64,000 nucleotides of DNA from Bdellovibrionota bacterium (GCA_965207455.1 CBDBMJ010000001.1:1811043-1875042), one strand, 5' to 3'. Counted from the first letter of the stretch, positions 37,964 to 50,060 are shown. A program made the numbers and translations. Notes: generated by a model from the sequence alone, not told the origin.

Positions 37964-38455
37964 GTGAGGCATGCTGCTTATAAAAATCTGCATAATAAGG
38001 AGTCTAAAAACATTATATCCAAAGAAACAACACAAACCGAAGAAGAACGTATTCGCAAGCTCATCGGTCACTTACCTGATGAACAACGGCGTGCGCTCTA
38101 CATAGAAATCGAAAAACAAATCAAAGATCCAGACACCTATGCTACCCTCGCTACTTGCTTCATTGTTGGCATACATCACTTTTATCTGAAGAAATGGCAA
38201 CATGGACTAATCAACATAGCCATCTTTTCAACAGGTTTCACATTATTGATTATTGATTTGCTCGGAATCTATACGCCAAGTACAGATCAGAGTCCCTTCT
38301 TCTCCTTTTTAATTAGTTGGCAGCTAGGTCTAGTGCTAATTCTTGGACTTAGCCTCTCTGAATTATACGAGCTGTTTAGTTCGCAAAGCACCGTCGAGGA
38401 TTACAATAATAAAATAATGGAAGCCATTTACAATGAGAAGAAAATCCTCTCATAA
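37964..38455 (+). CDS. TM2-domain-like membrane protein
   Basis: KDPDTYATL...GIHHFYL motif followed by TM helices. Confidence 0.7.
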   Translation: MRHAAYKNLHNKESKNIISKETTQTEEERIRKLIGHLPDEQRRALYIEIEKQIKDPDTYATLATCFIVGIHHFYLKKWQHGLINIAIFSTGFTLLIIDLLGIYTPSTDQSPFFSFLISWQLGLVLILGLSLSELYELFSSQSTVEDYNNKIMEAIYNEKKILS

Positions 38456-38850
38456 AGTCAACTCAATCTTCCAGAAACTAAATAATAGTAAAATTTCTAT
38501 TGAGGTAAGTCACAGATTCTCTTAAGCCTCGCTGAAATCGATGCCTTATCGCCAGCACTGCTGGTTAAAGTAAGCTCGGTATCGGTTGGTCCATTAGTAT
38601 TGAAGAAAGGCTTATTAGTATTAGTAGTATCATGCGAATCTAGTGGTGCACTTTCGTGCTATCGGACATTCCTTCATGGCTGCTCTGTTTCTCCTATCCT
38701 CTCTTGTTGGCTTGACGATAATAAATTTCTACGCGATATCCGTTCGCATAAAGTCTATGGATCATATAAAAAACGAGCAACTCTCCTATTTTTAATACGG
38801 AAACAGGAAAAATTCTTATTGATTCTTAAAAAAATGCTATAATAAAGTAA

Positions 38851-39276
38851 ATGCCAAAGAATGAAAAGGGTCAGATTGAAATCTTGCTAATTACAAGTTT
38901 CTTATTACTATCTGTTACTCATGTGGGAACAGTCTCACATCCCCCATACTTCCTATCATTCTATCTTTTTTGCCTGGTCTATTCTGCAGTTGCTGCTATA
39001 CTAGCATTTTTGATAGCCTTATTCTTCTCCACTGTTGTTCCTCCTTTTTCCTTGGCTGCCTTCTGCCTCTCCCTTTTAATGCTTATCTCCCCACTCACAG
39101 CTGCAGCAGCATTTGCCATGATTACAAGTGCGTTTTTTGACCAAAGCCCCTTATCTTTCTTCTCCGGTTTCTCTTGTTTGCTAATAATAAATTTCTACAT
39201 GCTATCCAGAGCTATAAAATCCCGAGCACAAAAATCAGGAAAGATGGAACCGCCTCCTGTTCTTATACAGAAATAA
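38851..39276 (+). CDS. Hypothetical membrane protein
   Basis: 141-aa hydrophobic ORF; TTGATT...TATAAT upstream. Confidence 0.55.
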   Translation: MPKNEKGQIEILLITSFLLLSVTHVGTVSHPPYFLSFYLFCLVYSAVAAILAFLIALFFSTVVPPFSLAAFCLSLLMLISPLTAAAAFAMITSAFFDQSPLSFFSGFSCLLIINFYMLSRAIKSRAQKSGKMEPPPVLIQK

Positions 39277-39390
39277 GAAGAACTTTTATCAATACCCAAA
39301 AATCACGGTTGCGCTATTTAGGAAAACCCCTAGGCTTTTTGATCCATTTCCCAGATACCATGCTACAATAGACGTTAAGGAGTAAAAAAA

Positions 39391-40035
39391 GTGGCAGCAA
39401 CTTATCAGCACTATTTAGAGTCATTAACGGAAAACTACACCACTGGAGATTTCTACCGAGAGACCTATAACGCTAAACAAGAGTATTTCAGCGAATTCGG
39501 CGCCATTAGCGAAGACGAAGTGGATTTTGAAAATCAAATGGATATTTTTATGAGTTGGTATTTGTTCGATCGGAATCTATCCACATACGAATTATCTCCT
39601 GTAAAATTATTTTTTCACAAACAACAGGGCAAGCTCACCCCGGAGCAGCTCGTTTATTATGAAAACCTCACAAAAACCGTTCATTCTATTTTTGAATTGA
39701 CGAAAAAAAAAGAAGATCATCTTTTGCTCAAGGAGTTGGGAACCAAAAAGAAATTTAAAATAAAAGACCCGTTTTACCACAACAGCTTCTCAGTGAAGGA
39801 TATTTTTGAGGCGCGAGTTATTCCCAACGAGGAATTCTTTTGCTTTGCCAATGGTTTTTGCCTCCATCCGTCGGAAGCAAAAGAATTCATCTCCGATAAG
39901 ATTAAGAAAATTCGATACCAGGACACAAACCAGCGAGATAAATTCCTTTTACGCCTCAACCACATGAAAATAAAGCATCTTCGCTATCCCCACATTGACG
40001 TGAAACATGTCTATACCCTAGACCCCTACTTCTAA
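39391..40035 (+). CDS. Hypothetical protein
   Basis: 214-aa ORF; AAGGAG RBS before GTG; WYLFDR and HSIFE motifs. Confidence 0.75.
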   Translation: MAATYQHYLESLTENYTTGDFYRETYNAKQEYFSEFGAISEDEVDFENQMDIFMSWYLFDRNLSTYELSPVKLFFHKQQGKLTPEQLVYYENLTKTVHSIFELTKKKEDHLLLKELGTKKKFKIKDPFYHNSFSVKDIFEARVIPNEEFFCFANGFCLHPSEAKEFISDKIKKIRYQDTNQRDKFLLRLNHMKIKHLRYPHIDVKHVYTLDPYF

Positions 40036-40052
40036 ACAAACCAGAGAAAGCC

Positions 40053-40574
40053 TTGTTAAAATTTATAAAAAAGCATGGCTATATATTCACAATTATAACT
40101 TGTTTTGTCTCACTTGTCCTTAGCGAGTTAATAAAAATATCAAGCCTGGGGCGTGAGAAACCGATCTTAAATTTATTCTTCGAGCTCTGTTTGGCTCACT
40201 TAGTTATTTCTGCGATCTATGTGATGTTTGCCCTTGCAGTGGCGTTTATTGCAAGTACCCTGCTGTTTGTAATAGACATGATACTAAAGCGATCCAATCC
40301 TGAAATACATCTTATGAAATTTTTTAGCCATCGTCCCTATTCTGCCACCCTTCCCCTTTCCATTGCAGTAACTCTGACTACATTTGTAGCAGTTCCAGAT
40401 TCACTGTTACTGTATGATGCCTCCATATTGATACGATATCACCTGTCTAACTACGATCCGCTCACCATCTCTGGCCAACTTGCCTATATTTATTTTATAG
40501 TGCTGAATTCCTACATACTTTTCCTCTGCATAAAATTCTTGGACCGGCTAAAATCCCCTAATCACGAAGCCTAG
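40053..40574 (+). CDS. Hypothetical membrane protein
   Basis: 173-aa ORF with about 4 TM segments. Confidence 0.55.
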   Translation: MLKFIKKHGYIFTIITCFVSLVLSELIKISSLGREKPILNLFFELCLAHLVISAIYVMFALAVAFIASTLLFVIDMILKRSNPEIHLMKFFSHRPYSATLPLSIAVTLTTFVAVPDSLLLYDASILIRYHLSNYDPLTISGQLAYIYFIVLNSYILFLCIKFLDRLKSPNHEA

Positions 40575-41295
40575 CTCTTAAGAAATTCCTACCCGCTTCG
40601 TTTGCAATTTTGTAAATATTCCGTTCAAGCTTGGCAGGAAAATCAAATACGGAAAATCCCAACTTACACATCTTCACTTTCTTTTTTCCTTTTTCGACTG
40701 TAACTTCTCCCTTGAAAGCAACCTTTGCTTCCAGTAAAGCCTTCATCCCTTCCAAAGAAAACTTTACATCACTTAAACATTTTCCTTCCCAGTGTTTTTC
40801 CCCTTGACTCGTAGGGATCAATACGGAAAATCCAGCCAAGCTAATATCGAAGCAAGGGAAAACACTGGACGTGGGGCTGGTAAGCTGCACAGTGCACTTC
40901 ATTTCCTTTGTGCACAGTACACGCAGACCTGCTCTTTTCTGTAGTTTATATATCGGCGGCTGAACAGCTAGGATTATATTTTGATCGGAAATGGAAAGTA
41001 CTTTCGTATTTGCAAAAATAAGAATATTCTCCAATAAATACCTTAAATTTACTTGTTTCTTTGTTGTTCCGTTCACTCCTGCTAATAGCTTTTTTTGCGA
41101 CGGATCGTTGGAGATTTTATTTAAATAGATTTTTCCTGTTTCGTCTACTTTTTCAGCCAATGCTTCAAAATAAATCTCTCTCTCAGAGACTTTGCAAAAA
41201 ACAGTCAACTGGAGTTCCTCTATATAGCGAATATAACGTTTCCAAACCCTCTCATTACTGATGGGTTCTAGGGTCTCTTCCTGTAATTTTATCAT
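40558..41295 (-). CDS. PilZ-domain protein (YcgR/flagellar brake-like)
   Basis: QKRAGLR (RxxxR) and DISLAG (DxSxxG); start set at MIKLQ just after the mreB stop. Confidence 0.8.
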   Translation of the reverse strand: MIKLQEETLEPISNERVWKRYIRYIEELQLTVFCKVSEREIYFEALAEKVDETGKIYLNKISNDPSQKKLLAGVNGTTKKQVNLRYLLENILIFANTKVLSISDQNIILAVQPPIYKLQKRAGLRVLCTKEMKCTVQLTSPTSSVFPCFDISLAGFSVLIPTSQGEKHWEGKCLSDVKFSLEGMKALLEAKVAFKGEVTVEKGKKKVKMCKLGFSVFDFPAKLERNIYKIANEAGRNFLRARLRD

Positions 41296-41297
41296 TA

Positions 41298-42332
<1,035 letters not shown>

Positions 42333-42360
42333 TTATCTACTCCTTATACCTGTTTTCCCT

Positions 42361-43170
42361 CTACCAACGGTAGTGGCGAATTTGCTCCCCTGCCTCTTGC
42401 ACTTCGCTCATGGCCTGTATACCAATTTCGAGGTGCAAATTGGTATATTCCTGAAAAACTTTTTTCCCGCTCATCTTAATGCCATTTTTCTGTAAAGGCA
42501 AATCGCTGACCAATAGAAGTGCTCCGTTAGCTACTTTACTGGCAAACCCAGCCACAAAGACAGCGGACGTTTCCATTTCAATGGCAATAACTCTCTGCAT
42601 ATACAGCTTTTTGACGAAGGAGTCATTAAATTCCCAAAACCGATAATCCGTAGTATGCACCACGCCAGTGCGATAATCCAAGCCTTTTCGTACTAAAATT
42701 TCCGAAACAAACTTTTGAATCTTAAATGTGGGTAATGCGGGTACTTCTTTGGGCATAAAATGCTCCGTCACCCCTTCTCCTCGAATGGCCGCTGCGGGAA
42801 TAATAAAATCCCCAATCTTTAGGGTTCGGTGGAGTCCTCCACACATTCCAAGCAGGAGCACTGCCTTCGGGGAAACAATGGAGAGTACCTCTATGATGAG
42901 CGCCGCTGTGGGTGCTCCAATATTGAAGTTAATAAGGCTCACGCCCCTTTTTTTACAATGTACTACGCGCATGGCCGTACCCGATCGAACCACACCGCCC
43001 ACTTTTTTCTCAAACTGCTCTAAATAATAGTTGAAGTTTGTTAAAAGGATACTGGGCTGAAAATCCTTAGCTGTGGAACCGGTGTATCGTTCCAAAATGG
43101 CATGGGCTATTTTTTGTTTCTCCGCATTGGAAAAAATGCGGTTTTGATGAAATCCTGGTGTTTTTTGCAT
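42361..43170 (-). CDS. amn: AMP nucleosidase (short PNP_UDP_1 type)
   Basis: LERYTG, ILLTNF, LGMCGGL, AAIRGEG, IEMET, LLLVSDLP; start uncertain (43170 or 43200). Confidence 0.88.
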   Translation of the reverse strand: MQKTPGFHQNRIFSNAEKQKIAHAILERYTGSTAKDFQPSILLTNFNYYLEQFEKKVGGVVRSGTAMRVVHCKKRGVSLINFNIGAPTAALIIEVLSIVSPKAVLLLGMCGGLHRTLKIGDFIIPAAAIRGEGVTEHFMPKEVPALPTFKIQKFVSEILVRKGLDYRTGVVHTTDYRFWEFNDSFVKKLYMQRVIAIEMETSAVFVAGFASKVANGALLLVSDLPLQKNGIKMSGKKVFQEYTNLHLEIGIQAMSEVQEAGEQIRHYRW

Positions 43171-43233
43171 GCTAATGTAACAAGATTGCACAAAGAACAT
43201 AAAAGGGGTATGCTATGTGCAGTAATTTAATAA

Positions 43234-43788
43234 ATGGAACGATGGAATTATATGGATTTTGAAGAACAATTTTATTCCTACATGAAAGCCGACGAAGTGG
43301 AATGTCTCACGCAAACCCTTGCGGATCAGATAAACAAAGACTATGGAGTAAAGGATAGGTTGCTGTTAGTGGGCATGCTCAAGGGTTCCTTTATTGTGAT
43401 GGCAGACTTGATACGAAAACTCCACTCAGACGTGCGAGTGGATTTTGTTCGCACCAAAAGCTACGGGAGAACCCTTACAAAGCCCGGCACAGTGGCGCTC
43501 CTCAAGGATATTTCTTCCGACCTGCACGATACCCACGTTCTTATCGTAGAGGAAGTGACCGATAGTGGGCGAGCCCTAAAATTTTTATTCGACCGTATCG
43601 ACTCTGCCCAGCCCAAGAGCCTCAAAGTACTTGTTCTGTTGGATAAGCGATCCAGTAGCACAACCGATGTACCCGTACACTATGTGGGAAAAGTTGTGGA
43701 CGCTCCCTTTCTCGTGGGATACGGAATGGACTTAGAGGAAAAGTTCCGAAACCTCCCTGAGTTGTACGCCCTGAAATATCCCCAATAA
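43234..43788 (+). CDS. hpt: Hypoxanthine phosphoribosyltransferase
   Basis: LKGSFIVMADL, KSYG, VLIVEEVTDSG, LLDK, FLVGYGMD and RNLP. Confidence 0.88.
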   Translation: MERWNYMDFEEQFYSYMKADEVECLTQTLADQINKDYGVKDRLLLVGMLKGSFIVMADLIRKLHSDVRVDFVRTKSYGRTLTKPGTVALLKDISSDLHDTHVLIVEEVTDSGRALKFLFDRIDSAQPKSLKVLVLLDKRSSSTTDVPVHYVGKVVDAPFLVGYGMDLEEKFRNLPELYALKYPQ

Positions 43789-43795
43789 TCGTATT

Positions 43796-44410
43796 CTACT
43801 GTTTTTTTCTTTCCAATTCTGGTTTTAAGATTCCAGCCTTGGCTAATTGTTTTTCCAGACGAACACTTCCCGTCTGCACCCACATATTATAAACCTTTAA
43901 AAGCGACTTATTGTCTCCCCTTAAATTCATTTCAATACTCACCTGTCCCAGCACATCTACCAAGGAATCAAACTTGTCTCCCAGTTCCTCGAAGAGTTCA
44001 TTCTGAGAGGAATATTTCGGCGACTGGGCCACCATTCGATAAGCAGTTCTGCCCATGTTTATATAGTAGGAAATATCCACAACCTTACCCTTTAAGCTCT
44101 CATGAAAAAAACCAGCGATGTACAAAGAAAAGTCCCCCAGTTGTCGGAACTGTTCCTGATCTATTTGTCCAAATTCATCGTTTAAGGCGTTTAGAAATCG
44201 TAGGGCTAGGGTAGTTTCCTCTTCCTTGTCTTCACTTTGACATTTAGGATATAAATTATCTGTGGAAATAAAATGGGATAAAAGATTTGTTACATATGCT
44301 TCTGCTTGGTCTGAGGTTTCCACTTTAAGTTCACTGATCGCGCTGGAAACCGCTTGATGGAAATACTCTTCTGGAGAGACAACTAACATTTCTGTAGACA
44401 CTTTTTTCAC
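43796..44410 (-). CDS. Hypothetical protein
   Basis: 204 aa; RQLGDFSLYIAGFF and YYINMGRTAY; GGAGG RBS. Confidence 0.75.
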   Translation of the reverse strand: MKKVSTEMLVVSPEEYFHQAVSSAISELKVETSDQAEAYVTNLLSHFISTDNLYPKCQSEDKEEETTLALRFLNALNDEFGQIDQEQFRQLGDFSLYIAGFFHESLKGKVVDISYYINMGRTAYRMVAQSPKYSSQNELFEELGDKFDSLVDVLGQVSIEMNLRGDNKSLLKVYNMWVQTGSVRLEKQLAKAGILKPELERKKQ

Positions 44411-44515
44411 AAAGCCCTCCCCTTACTATAGTATAGCTATAGATTATTCCATAATAAAGCCCCCTTAACTTATTTAACAGTGTTTAACGAAATTAGACCT
44501 CAATTACGATACACT

Positions 44516-45628
44516 TTAACGGGAATGTGAGCGAACTCCCTCTGGGGAGTACCTGTCCGGGTTAAAGTATTCACTGAAATTTGCTCCTCCCAGTACAGAG
44601 ACAAAGTCCTCAAAGTTAGTGTCTGTTACTGCGATAGCGCTTAATTCGCTGGGAATATTGCTAGTGATTTCCTCGTTGTCTGCATTGAAATATTTGGTAG
44701 AACTGGGCGACGACTCCACGTCACAGGCTTTGCTTAGCTTATCTTCCGAGCTCCCCACATCACATATCTTCACAAACACAACAGAACCAATAGATTTCTT
44801 GGTGTAGGTCCGTATTGCTATAATGCTGTTTTTGTCACTTCCCCAATTAGCTGCCCAAATAAAAGAAGAAATATAGTGCTCCGTGGTCACATCGTTTTCC
44901 AACTTTTCTTTAAATATTACTCTAGCGATATTTCTATCCGCAAAGGGCGAAGTGCTTTGAAATATTGTTGTGACATCGATTGTTTTTGCACCACTAGACC
45001 TTGTTAAATTCACCCTTAACTTTGTTCTGTGACCATCATCTTGAAGGTATTTGTTAATCATTTGTCCTTCAAGATCACTTTCTATAACGGATGAGCTACC
45101 GGGATCCATTGTCCATGCAGTAAATCGAGTAAAGTCTTCCGTATTGCCTTTTACTGTATAATTGTACTGGAGCTTATGGGTGGTTGACTCAGACTCATCA
45201 CAAACCAGCCCATCGCCAATGTCTCCTCCAGTGCCCACTCGTAACTGACAGGATTTGGAAATTCCATCCTCTTGAACCTGTTGGCGAGCATTGCAATCGT
45301 AGAACTGAGATATGGCATAAGCACTGAGTGCATGCCCTATACTTCCCGCTGGGCAGACCACATCCCCAGCACAGCTAAATGAAAAATTACCATTAAAGAA
45401 ATAAGCCTGTGGAGCATCGTTAAGTTTCACCAACTGACTCTCACAGCTGATGGGATCGAGGTTAGATTCACTCTCCTCCATTTCTTTTGCCAGGAGAGAT
45501 GAGACAGACAAAGCGTCTTCAAATTCAGGAAGGGAGAAATGGGGAATGTATCCAGTATACCGCAAAGAGCCTCCATCATCTGCTGCACAAGATACCATGA
45601 ACATAGCTAGTAAAATTTTATTTTTCAT
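44516..45628 (-). CDS. Hypothetical lipoprotein
   Basis: MKNKILLAMFMVS-C lipobox-like start with AAGGA RBS. Confidence 0.7.
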   Translation of the reverse strand: MKNKILLAMFMVSCAADDGGSLRYTGYIPHFSLPEFEDALSVSSLLAKEMEESESNLDPISCESQLVKLNDAPQAYFFNGNFSFSCAGDVVCPAGSIGHALSAYAISQFYDCNARQQVQEDGISKSCQLRVGTGGDIGDGLVCDESESTTHKLQYNYTVKGNTEDFTRFTAWTMDPGSSSVIESDLEGQMINKYLQDDGHRTKLRVNLTRSSGAKTIDVTTIFQSTSPFADRNIARVIFKEKLENDVTTEHYISSFIWAANWGSDKNSIIAIRTYTKKSIGSVVFVKICDVGSSEDKLSKACDVESSPSSTKYFNADNEEITSNIPSELSAIAVTDTNFEDFVSVLGGANFSEYFNPDRYSPEGVRSHSR

Positions 45629-45710
45629 AATCGAATCCTTTCTTTTAAAAAATATTTTCTCTGCCTGCTCCATCATACTAAATAGGCAGCATGAAATTCT
45701 AGTAAAAAAT

Positions 45711-46448
45711 TTAACCGGATATTTTTTTAGTGAGAATCTTTTCCGAACCCGTGTCACACACGGCATAGAGCAACGCCTTGTGGGAAAATCCAAGATTTAC
45801 ATACTGACCGGTACAGGAAGGCGTTTGAACCTCATGATTATCCTCTATATGGGAATGCCCCAGCAAAACTAGATGGAACCCTTTTTTTATTTTTTCTTCC
45901 GCGTAGTTTCGAAATATTTTTTTTACAAAAGAAATTTTATCCAATGGCAGGCGAGAAATATCGTTATACTTATGACTGGATTTTTTTAAGTAACTGCCCA
46001 AGCTCGACAACCATCCCCCCGGCAACGCTCGAATCAAAAGAACAGCAAGCCAGCTTCGTGTAAAAAACCGCCAGAACCTATAGGAGTAATCTTTTTTATT
46101 GATACTGTCTCCGTGAGCGATCCAAATTTTTTTATTTTCCCATAGCAATAGAAAGCTGTCTGTTTTTAACGTTACCGCTGAAAAAACTCCCTTCATGTGA
46201 AAATCATGGTTGCCCTCCAAATAATAAACATTGCATCCGGATTGAGCAAGGCTTTCCATTTCCCTTAGCAGTGAGGAAAATTTATTTTGAAAAAACAATT
46301 TATCTCCCAGAAAAAGATCAAACACGTCGCCACCAAAAACAACCGTGTCTCCAGGCTTGGGCACTGTTTGCAAAAAATTCTTTAAGTACTTGCCGATGGA
46401 CTCGTCCATGGAAGAAATATGTAGGTCGGAGAGATAGTACAGGGACAT
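45711..46448 (-). CDS. lpxH: UDP-2,3-diacylglucosamine hydrolase-like metallophosphoesterase
   Basis: SDLH, GDVFD, GNHD, HGD and GHSH motifs. Confidence 0.85.
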   Translation of the reverse strand: MSLYYLSDLHISSMDESIGKYLKNFLQTVPKPGDTVVFGGDVFDLFLGDKLFFQNKFSSLLREMESLAQSGCNVYYLEGNHDFHMKGVFSAVTLKTDSFLLLWENKKIWIAHGDSINKKDYSYRFWRFFTRSWLAVLLIRALPGGWLSSLGSYLKKSSHKYNDISRLPLDKISFVKKIFRNYAEEKIKKGFHLVLLGHSHIEDNHEVQTPSCTGQYVNLGFSHKALLYAVCDTGSEKILTKKISG

Positions 46449-46503
46449 TTGTTAGATACTATAGCAAAAGCAGGAAATGTTCCATACCAGCGCTCCAACC
46501 CAA

Positions 46504-47337
46504 TTATAATAGCTTTAAGACACTGGCCGGCGTGGCATTGGCCTGAGCCAAAACCGCTAGGGCAACATTCTCCTGAATCGTGCTTTTTACTAGAGCAGCC
46601 GATTCCTTAGCCACATCCGTATCCAAAATCACAGATTTTGCAGCGGATAGGTTTTCAATACTCAAACTTAAATGATTGGCAGCCGAATGCATTCTACTCT
46701 GGAGAGCTCCCAGACCTGCCCGGTTCTCGTTCAGCCTTATGATGGACTCGTCAATCTGAGATAAAGAGTCTACGGCATCATCCCTATCCTCAATACTTAA
46801 ACCGTCCACATCCAATCCTTCTGCCGTGGCATTGATCCCTGAAGCGTCGAAACGAATGATACTTTCCTCCCCCGAACTGGCACCCACATAAAAGGTGAAA
46901 TCACTGCCACCCTCTCCGTTAATAAGTTTTTTACCATTAAACTCTGTACTGTTTGCAATGCGTGTAATCTCTTGTTTTATTTGCTCGAACTCCTGGCCTA
47001 AAAGACCTCGCTCCCTCTCTCCTCCCACCGTGTCTGAGGCGGATAAAACACTCAACTCCCGCATACGGATCAATATATTGGATACTTCATTAAAAGCCCC
47101 TTCTGCCACCTGTATAAAGGTGATCCCCATATTGGTATTTTTTTGAGCTTGCTCCAAACCACGGACTTTTGCCGTGAGCTGGCTTCCCATGCTTAGGCCA
47201 GCAGCATCGTCACCCGAGTTTACAATTCGCTCCCCTGAGGCTAGCCGTGAAAGGCTTTTCGTTTTTTCCTGACTGGCTCGCTCTAAATGTCTCCTTGCCA
47301 CAATGCTCGCTGTATTGCTATTAATCCGTATTCCCAT
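46504..47337 (-). CDS. fliC: Flagellin (277 aa)
   Basis: MGIRINSN, RLASGERIVNSGDDAAGL, RAGLGALQSR and LAQAN. Confidence 0.95.
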   Translation of the reverse strand: MGIRINSNTASIVARRHLERASQEKTKSLSRLASGERIVNSGDDAAGLSMGSQLTAKVRGLEQAQKNTNMGITFIQVAEGAFNEVSNILIRMRELSVLSASDTVGGERERGLLGQEFEQIKQEITRIANSTEFNGKKLINGEGGSDFTFYVGASSGEESIIRFDASGINATAEGLDVDGLSIEDRDDAVDSLSQIDESIIRLNENRAGLGALQSRMHSAANHLSLSIENLSAAKSVILDTDVAKESAALVKSTIQENVALAVLAQANATPASVLKLL

Positions 47338-47388
47338 AAGCTCTTAATCTCCCTTTTTAAAAATAACCAATAAAGTTGGTTATTAAAC

Positions 47389-47415
47389 TTATCGGCAGCC
47401 GATAGCAATACTTGA
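47389..47415 (-). promoter_or_regulatory. Sigma28 (FliA) promoter
   Basis: TCAA-N15-GCCGATAA on the minus strand upstream of the flagellin. Confidence 0.85.
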
Positions 47416-47459
47416 GTAAAATATTTTATTTTTTTGATTTATTTTAGGCTATTTACACG

Positions 47460-48935
47460 TTAGCGGTCAGTCTTGTTGCCTCTGATCCGTGAAATTATCT
47501 TACGATCGACTTGATTCTTTTTTCGATTATACTCGTGAGGAGCTATCTCTCTTATTCTGCTGTCGACGACGACCGGCCGGGGAGGACCGAATAAAATTGG
47601 ATGCTCATCGCATTCCAAGGTCTTAGTCTCCTCATCAACAAAAGGCTCTTCACAAAAAACAAGCCTCCTCGCTTCTTCCCCTTCGCCTGCCTCATTTTCC
47701 ACGGTTGCCGTAGGGGTGCTAGCAGCCTCATCATATTTCGTTTCTTCTGGCATATCCTCGTCCGTTTGCTTATCCGTATTTTCCGTCTCAAAAACAGAGA
47801 GCAACTCTTCTATCATAGATCCGTCCGCTTGCTCATCCGTATTTTCTGCTTCAACAACAGGGGATGTTTTAACAACAGGAGGAGCGTCTACTTTGCCACA
47901 AACAGAACCTAGGTTCCGTTCATCTCTACGTTCCACATAAGTAGTATTCTCGAACTCCTTTTTTTCGCCAAAAATGTCATAAACAGAAATTATCTTTTTC
48001 TCTTCTGAAATTTCAATCCCCCTACAAATTTTCTTTATGTATTTACTGACTGCGGATTTGGCATTCTTTTCCTTCGATCCGGGCTCAATCGCCTGGCGCC
48101 AGTCATAATCGCTTTTATAGACGAAGTCAGCAAAGGCTATATTGTCTTGTTCTGAGTGTGAGTCTCCAATTTTATGTTTATAATAGTAAAACCCGGCAAT
48201 AAATTTAACTAATATTTCTGACTGGTAGGTTAAGAGCGTAGTCCCGATAATAAATATTGTAGTGAACGCTCTTTTCTTGTTTCCAAAGAAAAGAGAAATA
48301 GGCCCTTTATATATTTTTGCTAAACGTACTTTATTTTTTTTGGCATCCGAGAAAGCAGCACCTCCAAAAGCTGCTCCTCCTCCAGCGACTACAAGCCATG
48401 GATTTATACCCTCACTCGTCCATCCCCACATTTTCTTCAACTCCCTCTCTGCTAAATCTAGGACATCGTTCACACTCTTTTTTATAACCTCTTCTTGAAA
48501 ATAATGCGCCTTTTCCCAATACGGATCGGGAAACATGCGCTCAAAATCTTTTGCAGGGATATTGAAAGTTAGCTTCATGCACTTACTCTTATGGAGGCAC
48601 TCCCACTCTGGTCTTTTCTTGGGTTGTTCGCATAAATCTCCTTCACATAGCGTTTCTTCTGGTGAGTCTGTTTCTTCCACCTCTACTATGCATACCTCCC
48701 CCACTAGAGCCACACAAAACCAAAGGTTAATGCTGCCATCTAAGTTTGTTCTTTTGGCAATTACAATATCCAACGCCAGTAGTTCTTCCTCGCTAGCAGG
48801 TTTAAAGACAGATTTTGGGGAGTCTAAATTTACTTTTGGAGTGGCAACCTCTCCCTGAGCAATTGGTTGAAAAAAAAGAACTAGCGATAGAGCTAGAAAA
48901 TAAGAAAAAATATTTTTACTATTCACTGATCGCAT
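47460..48935 (-). CDS. Hypothetical exported/membrane protein with acidic C-terminus
   Basis: Signal-peptide-like N-terminus; internal ENTDEQAD/ENTDKQTD duplication. Confidence 0.65.
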   Translation of the reverse strand: MRSVNSKNIFSYFLALSLVLFFQPIAQGEVATPKVNLDSPKSVFKPASEEELLALDIVIAKRTNLDGSINLWFCVALVGEVCIVEVEETDSPEETLCEGDLCEQPKKRPEWECLHKSKCMKLTFNIPAKDFERMFPDPYWEKAHYFQEEVIKKSVNDVLDLAERELKKMWGWTSEGINPWLVVAGGGAAFGGAAFSDAKKNKVRLAKIYKGPISLFFGNKKRAFTTIFIIGTTLLTYQSEILVKFIAGFYYYKHKIGDSHSEQDNIAFADFVYKSDYDWRQAIEPGSKEKNAKSAVSKYIKKICRGIEISEEKKIISVYDIFGEKKEFENTTYVERRDERNLGSVCGKVDAPPVVKTSPVVEAENTDEQADGSMIEELLSVFETENTDKQTDEDMPEETKYDEAASTPTATVENEAGEGEEARRLVFCEEPFVDEETKTLECDEHPILFGPPRPVVVDSRIREIAPHEYNRKKNQVDRKIISRIRGNKTDR

Positions 48936-49080
48936 CCCGTCATTAACTTTTATTTAACTCAAATCAAAAGTGTTATAACACGGACGGCTGGTGCGATGCA
49001 AGACAATGTTACTGACGTGAAGCATCATTATTTAGGTGCCACATAAGTAGTGAAAAATATGGAGAAATGAAGAAAGACTC

Positions 49081-49105
49081 CACTTGGGCGCCAAAAACCC
49101 AAGTG
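49081..49105 (-). terminator. Hairpin after the second flagellin
   Basis: CACTTGGG-N9-CCCAAGTG; weak U tract. Confidence 0.5.
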
Positions 49106-49118
49106 AAGCGATTTATTA

Positions 49119-49949
49119 CTATACTAGCTTTAGTACGCTGGACTGCCTCTGGTTTGCCTGAGCCAAGACAGAGATACCTGCTTGTAACAGAATAGACTGT
49201 TTTGCTAACTCCGAAGTTTGGATCGCAAAATCCGCATCCCTTATCCGAGAGACCGCTGTGCTGTAGTTTTCCTCAGCCACACTGATATTTCGAACAGTGG
49301 CACTTAGGCGGTTTTGTAAAGCACCCAAGCTGGACCTGTTTTCGTTGATGTTCAGCATGGCTTGGTCAATAATATCCAAGTTTTCCTGAGACTCCTCCTT
49401 CGTTCTAGCACTTCTGCCGTCTAAGTCTAGTTTTTCAGCAGACACATTATACGATTGAGGGGAATAGGATAGACGATCCACTCCATCCACGTTATGTATT
49501 CCAACCTGAATATCCACAGATTCCCCCGATCCATTCAGGAGCTTTCTACCGTTGAATTCCGTTACTTCAGAAATTCGAGTAACTTCTTCTAAAAGTTGCT
49601 GGAATTCAAAGTCAACATAGCTCCTTTCTTTATCACCTAAGGTATCGGATGCGGATTGCACACTTAGTTCCCTAAGGCGCACCAGTATATTCGATACCTC
49701 ACTAATGGCACCTTCCGCTGTTTGAACCAGGGAAATACCATCGTTAGAGTTTCTTTTGGCTTGAGCTAAACCCCGAAGATCGGAGCTTATTTTTTCAGAT
49801 ATAGCCAGTCCAGCAGCATCGTCACCGGATTTATTAATCCGGTAACCACTCGACAGCCTTTCAATTGCAGTTGACTGCTTTAAACGTGCAGCACTGATAT
49901 TACGTTGCCCTTTTAAGGCATCTACATTTGTTGCGATTCTTAGTCCCAC
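49119..49949 (-). CDS. fliC: Flagellin (276 aa)
   Basis: RLSSGYRINKSGDDAAGLAISE, LGALQNRL and SRIRDADFA; GAGGAGG RBS. Confidence 0.96.
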   Translation of the reverse strand: MGLRIATNVDALKGQRNISAARLKQSTAIERLSSGYRINKSGDDAAGLAISEKISSDLRGLAQAKRNSNDGISLVQTAEGAISEVSNILVRLRELSVQSASDTLGDKERSYVDFEFQQLLEEVTRISEVTEFNGRKLLNGSGESVDIQVGIHNVDGVDRLSYSPQSYNVSAEKLDLDGRSARTKEESQENLDIIDQAMLNINENRSSLGALQNRLSATVRNISVAEENYSTAVSRIRDADFAIQTSELAKQSILLQAGISVLAQANQRQSSVLKLV

Positions 49950-50060
49950 GACTTACCTCCTCATAATCACCTTTCCAGTGGTATATTTGGAGATTCGCCG
50001 CCGTGCGAACCTACTATTTTTTTTATGAAGGAAACATTATGCTCCCCACACTTATTGTAT

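Noticed and set aside
38500..38842. ORF 38600-38842 and a minus-strand open stretch
   Set aside because: No start signals or recognisable motif; possibly a gene relic
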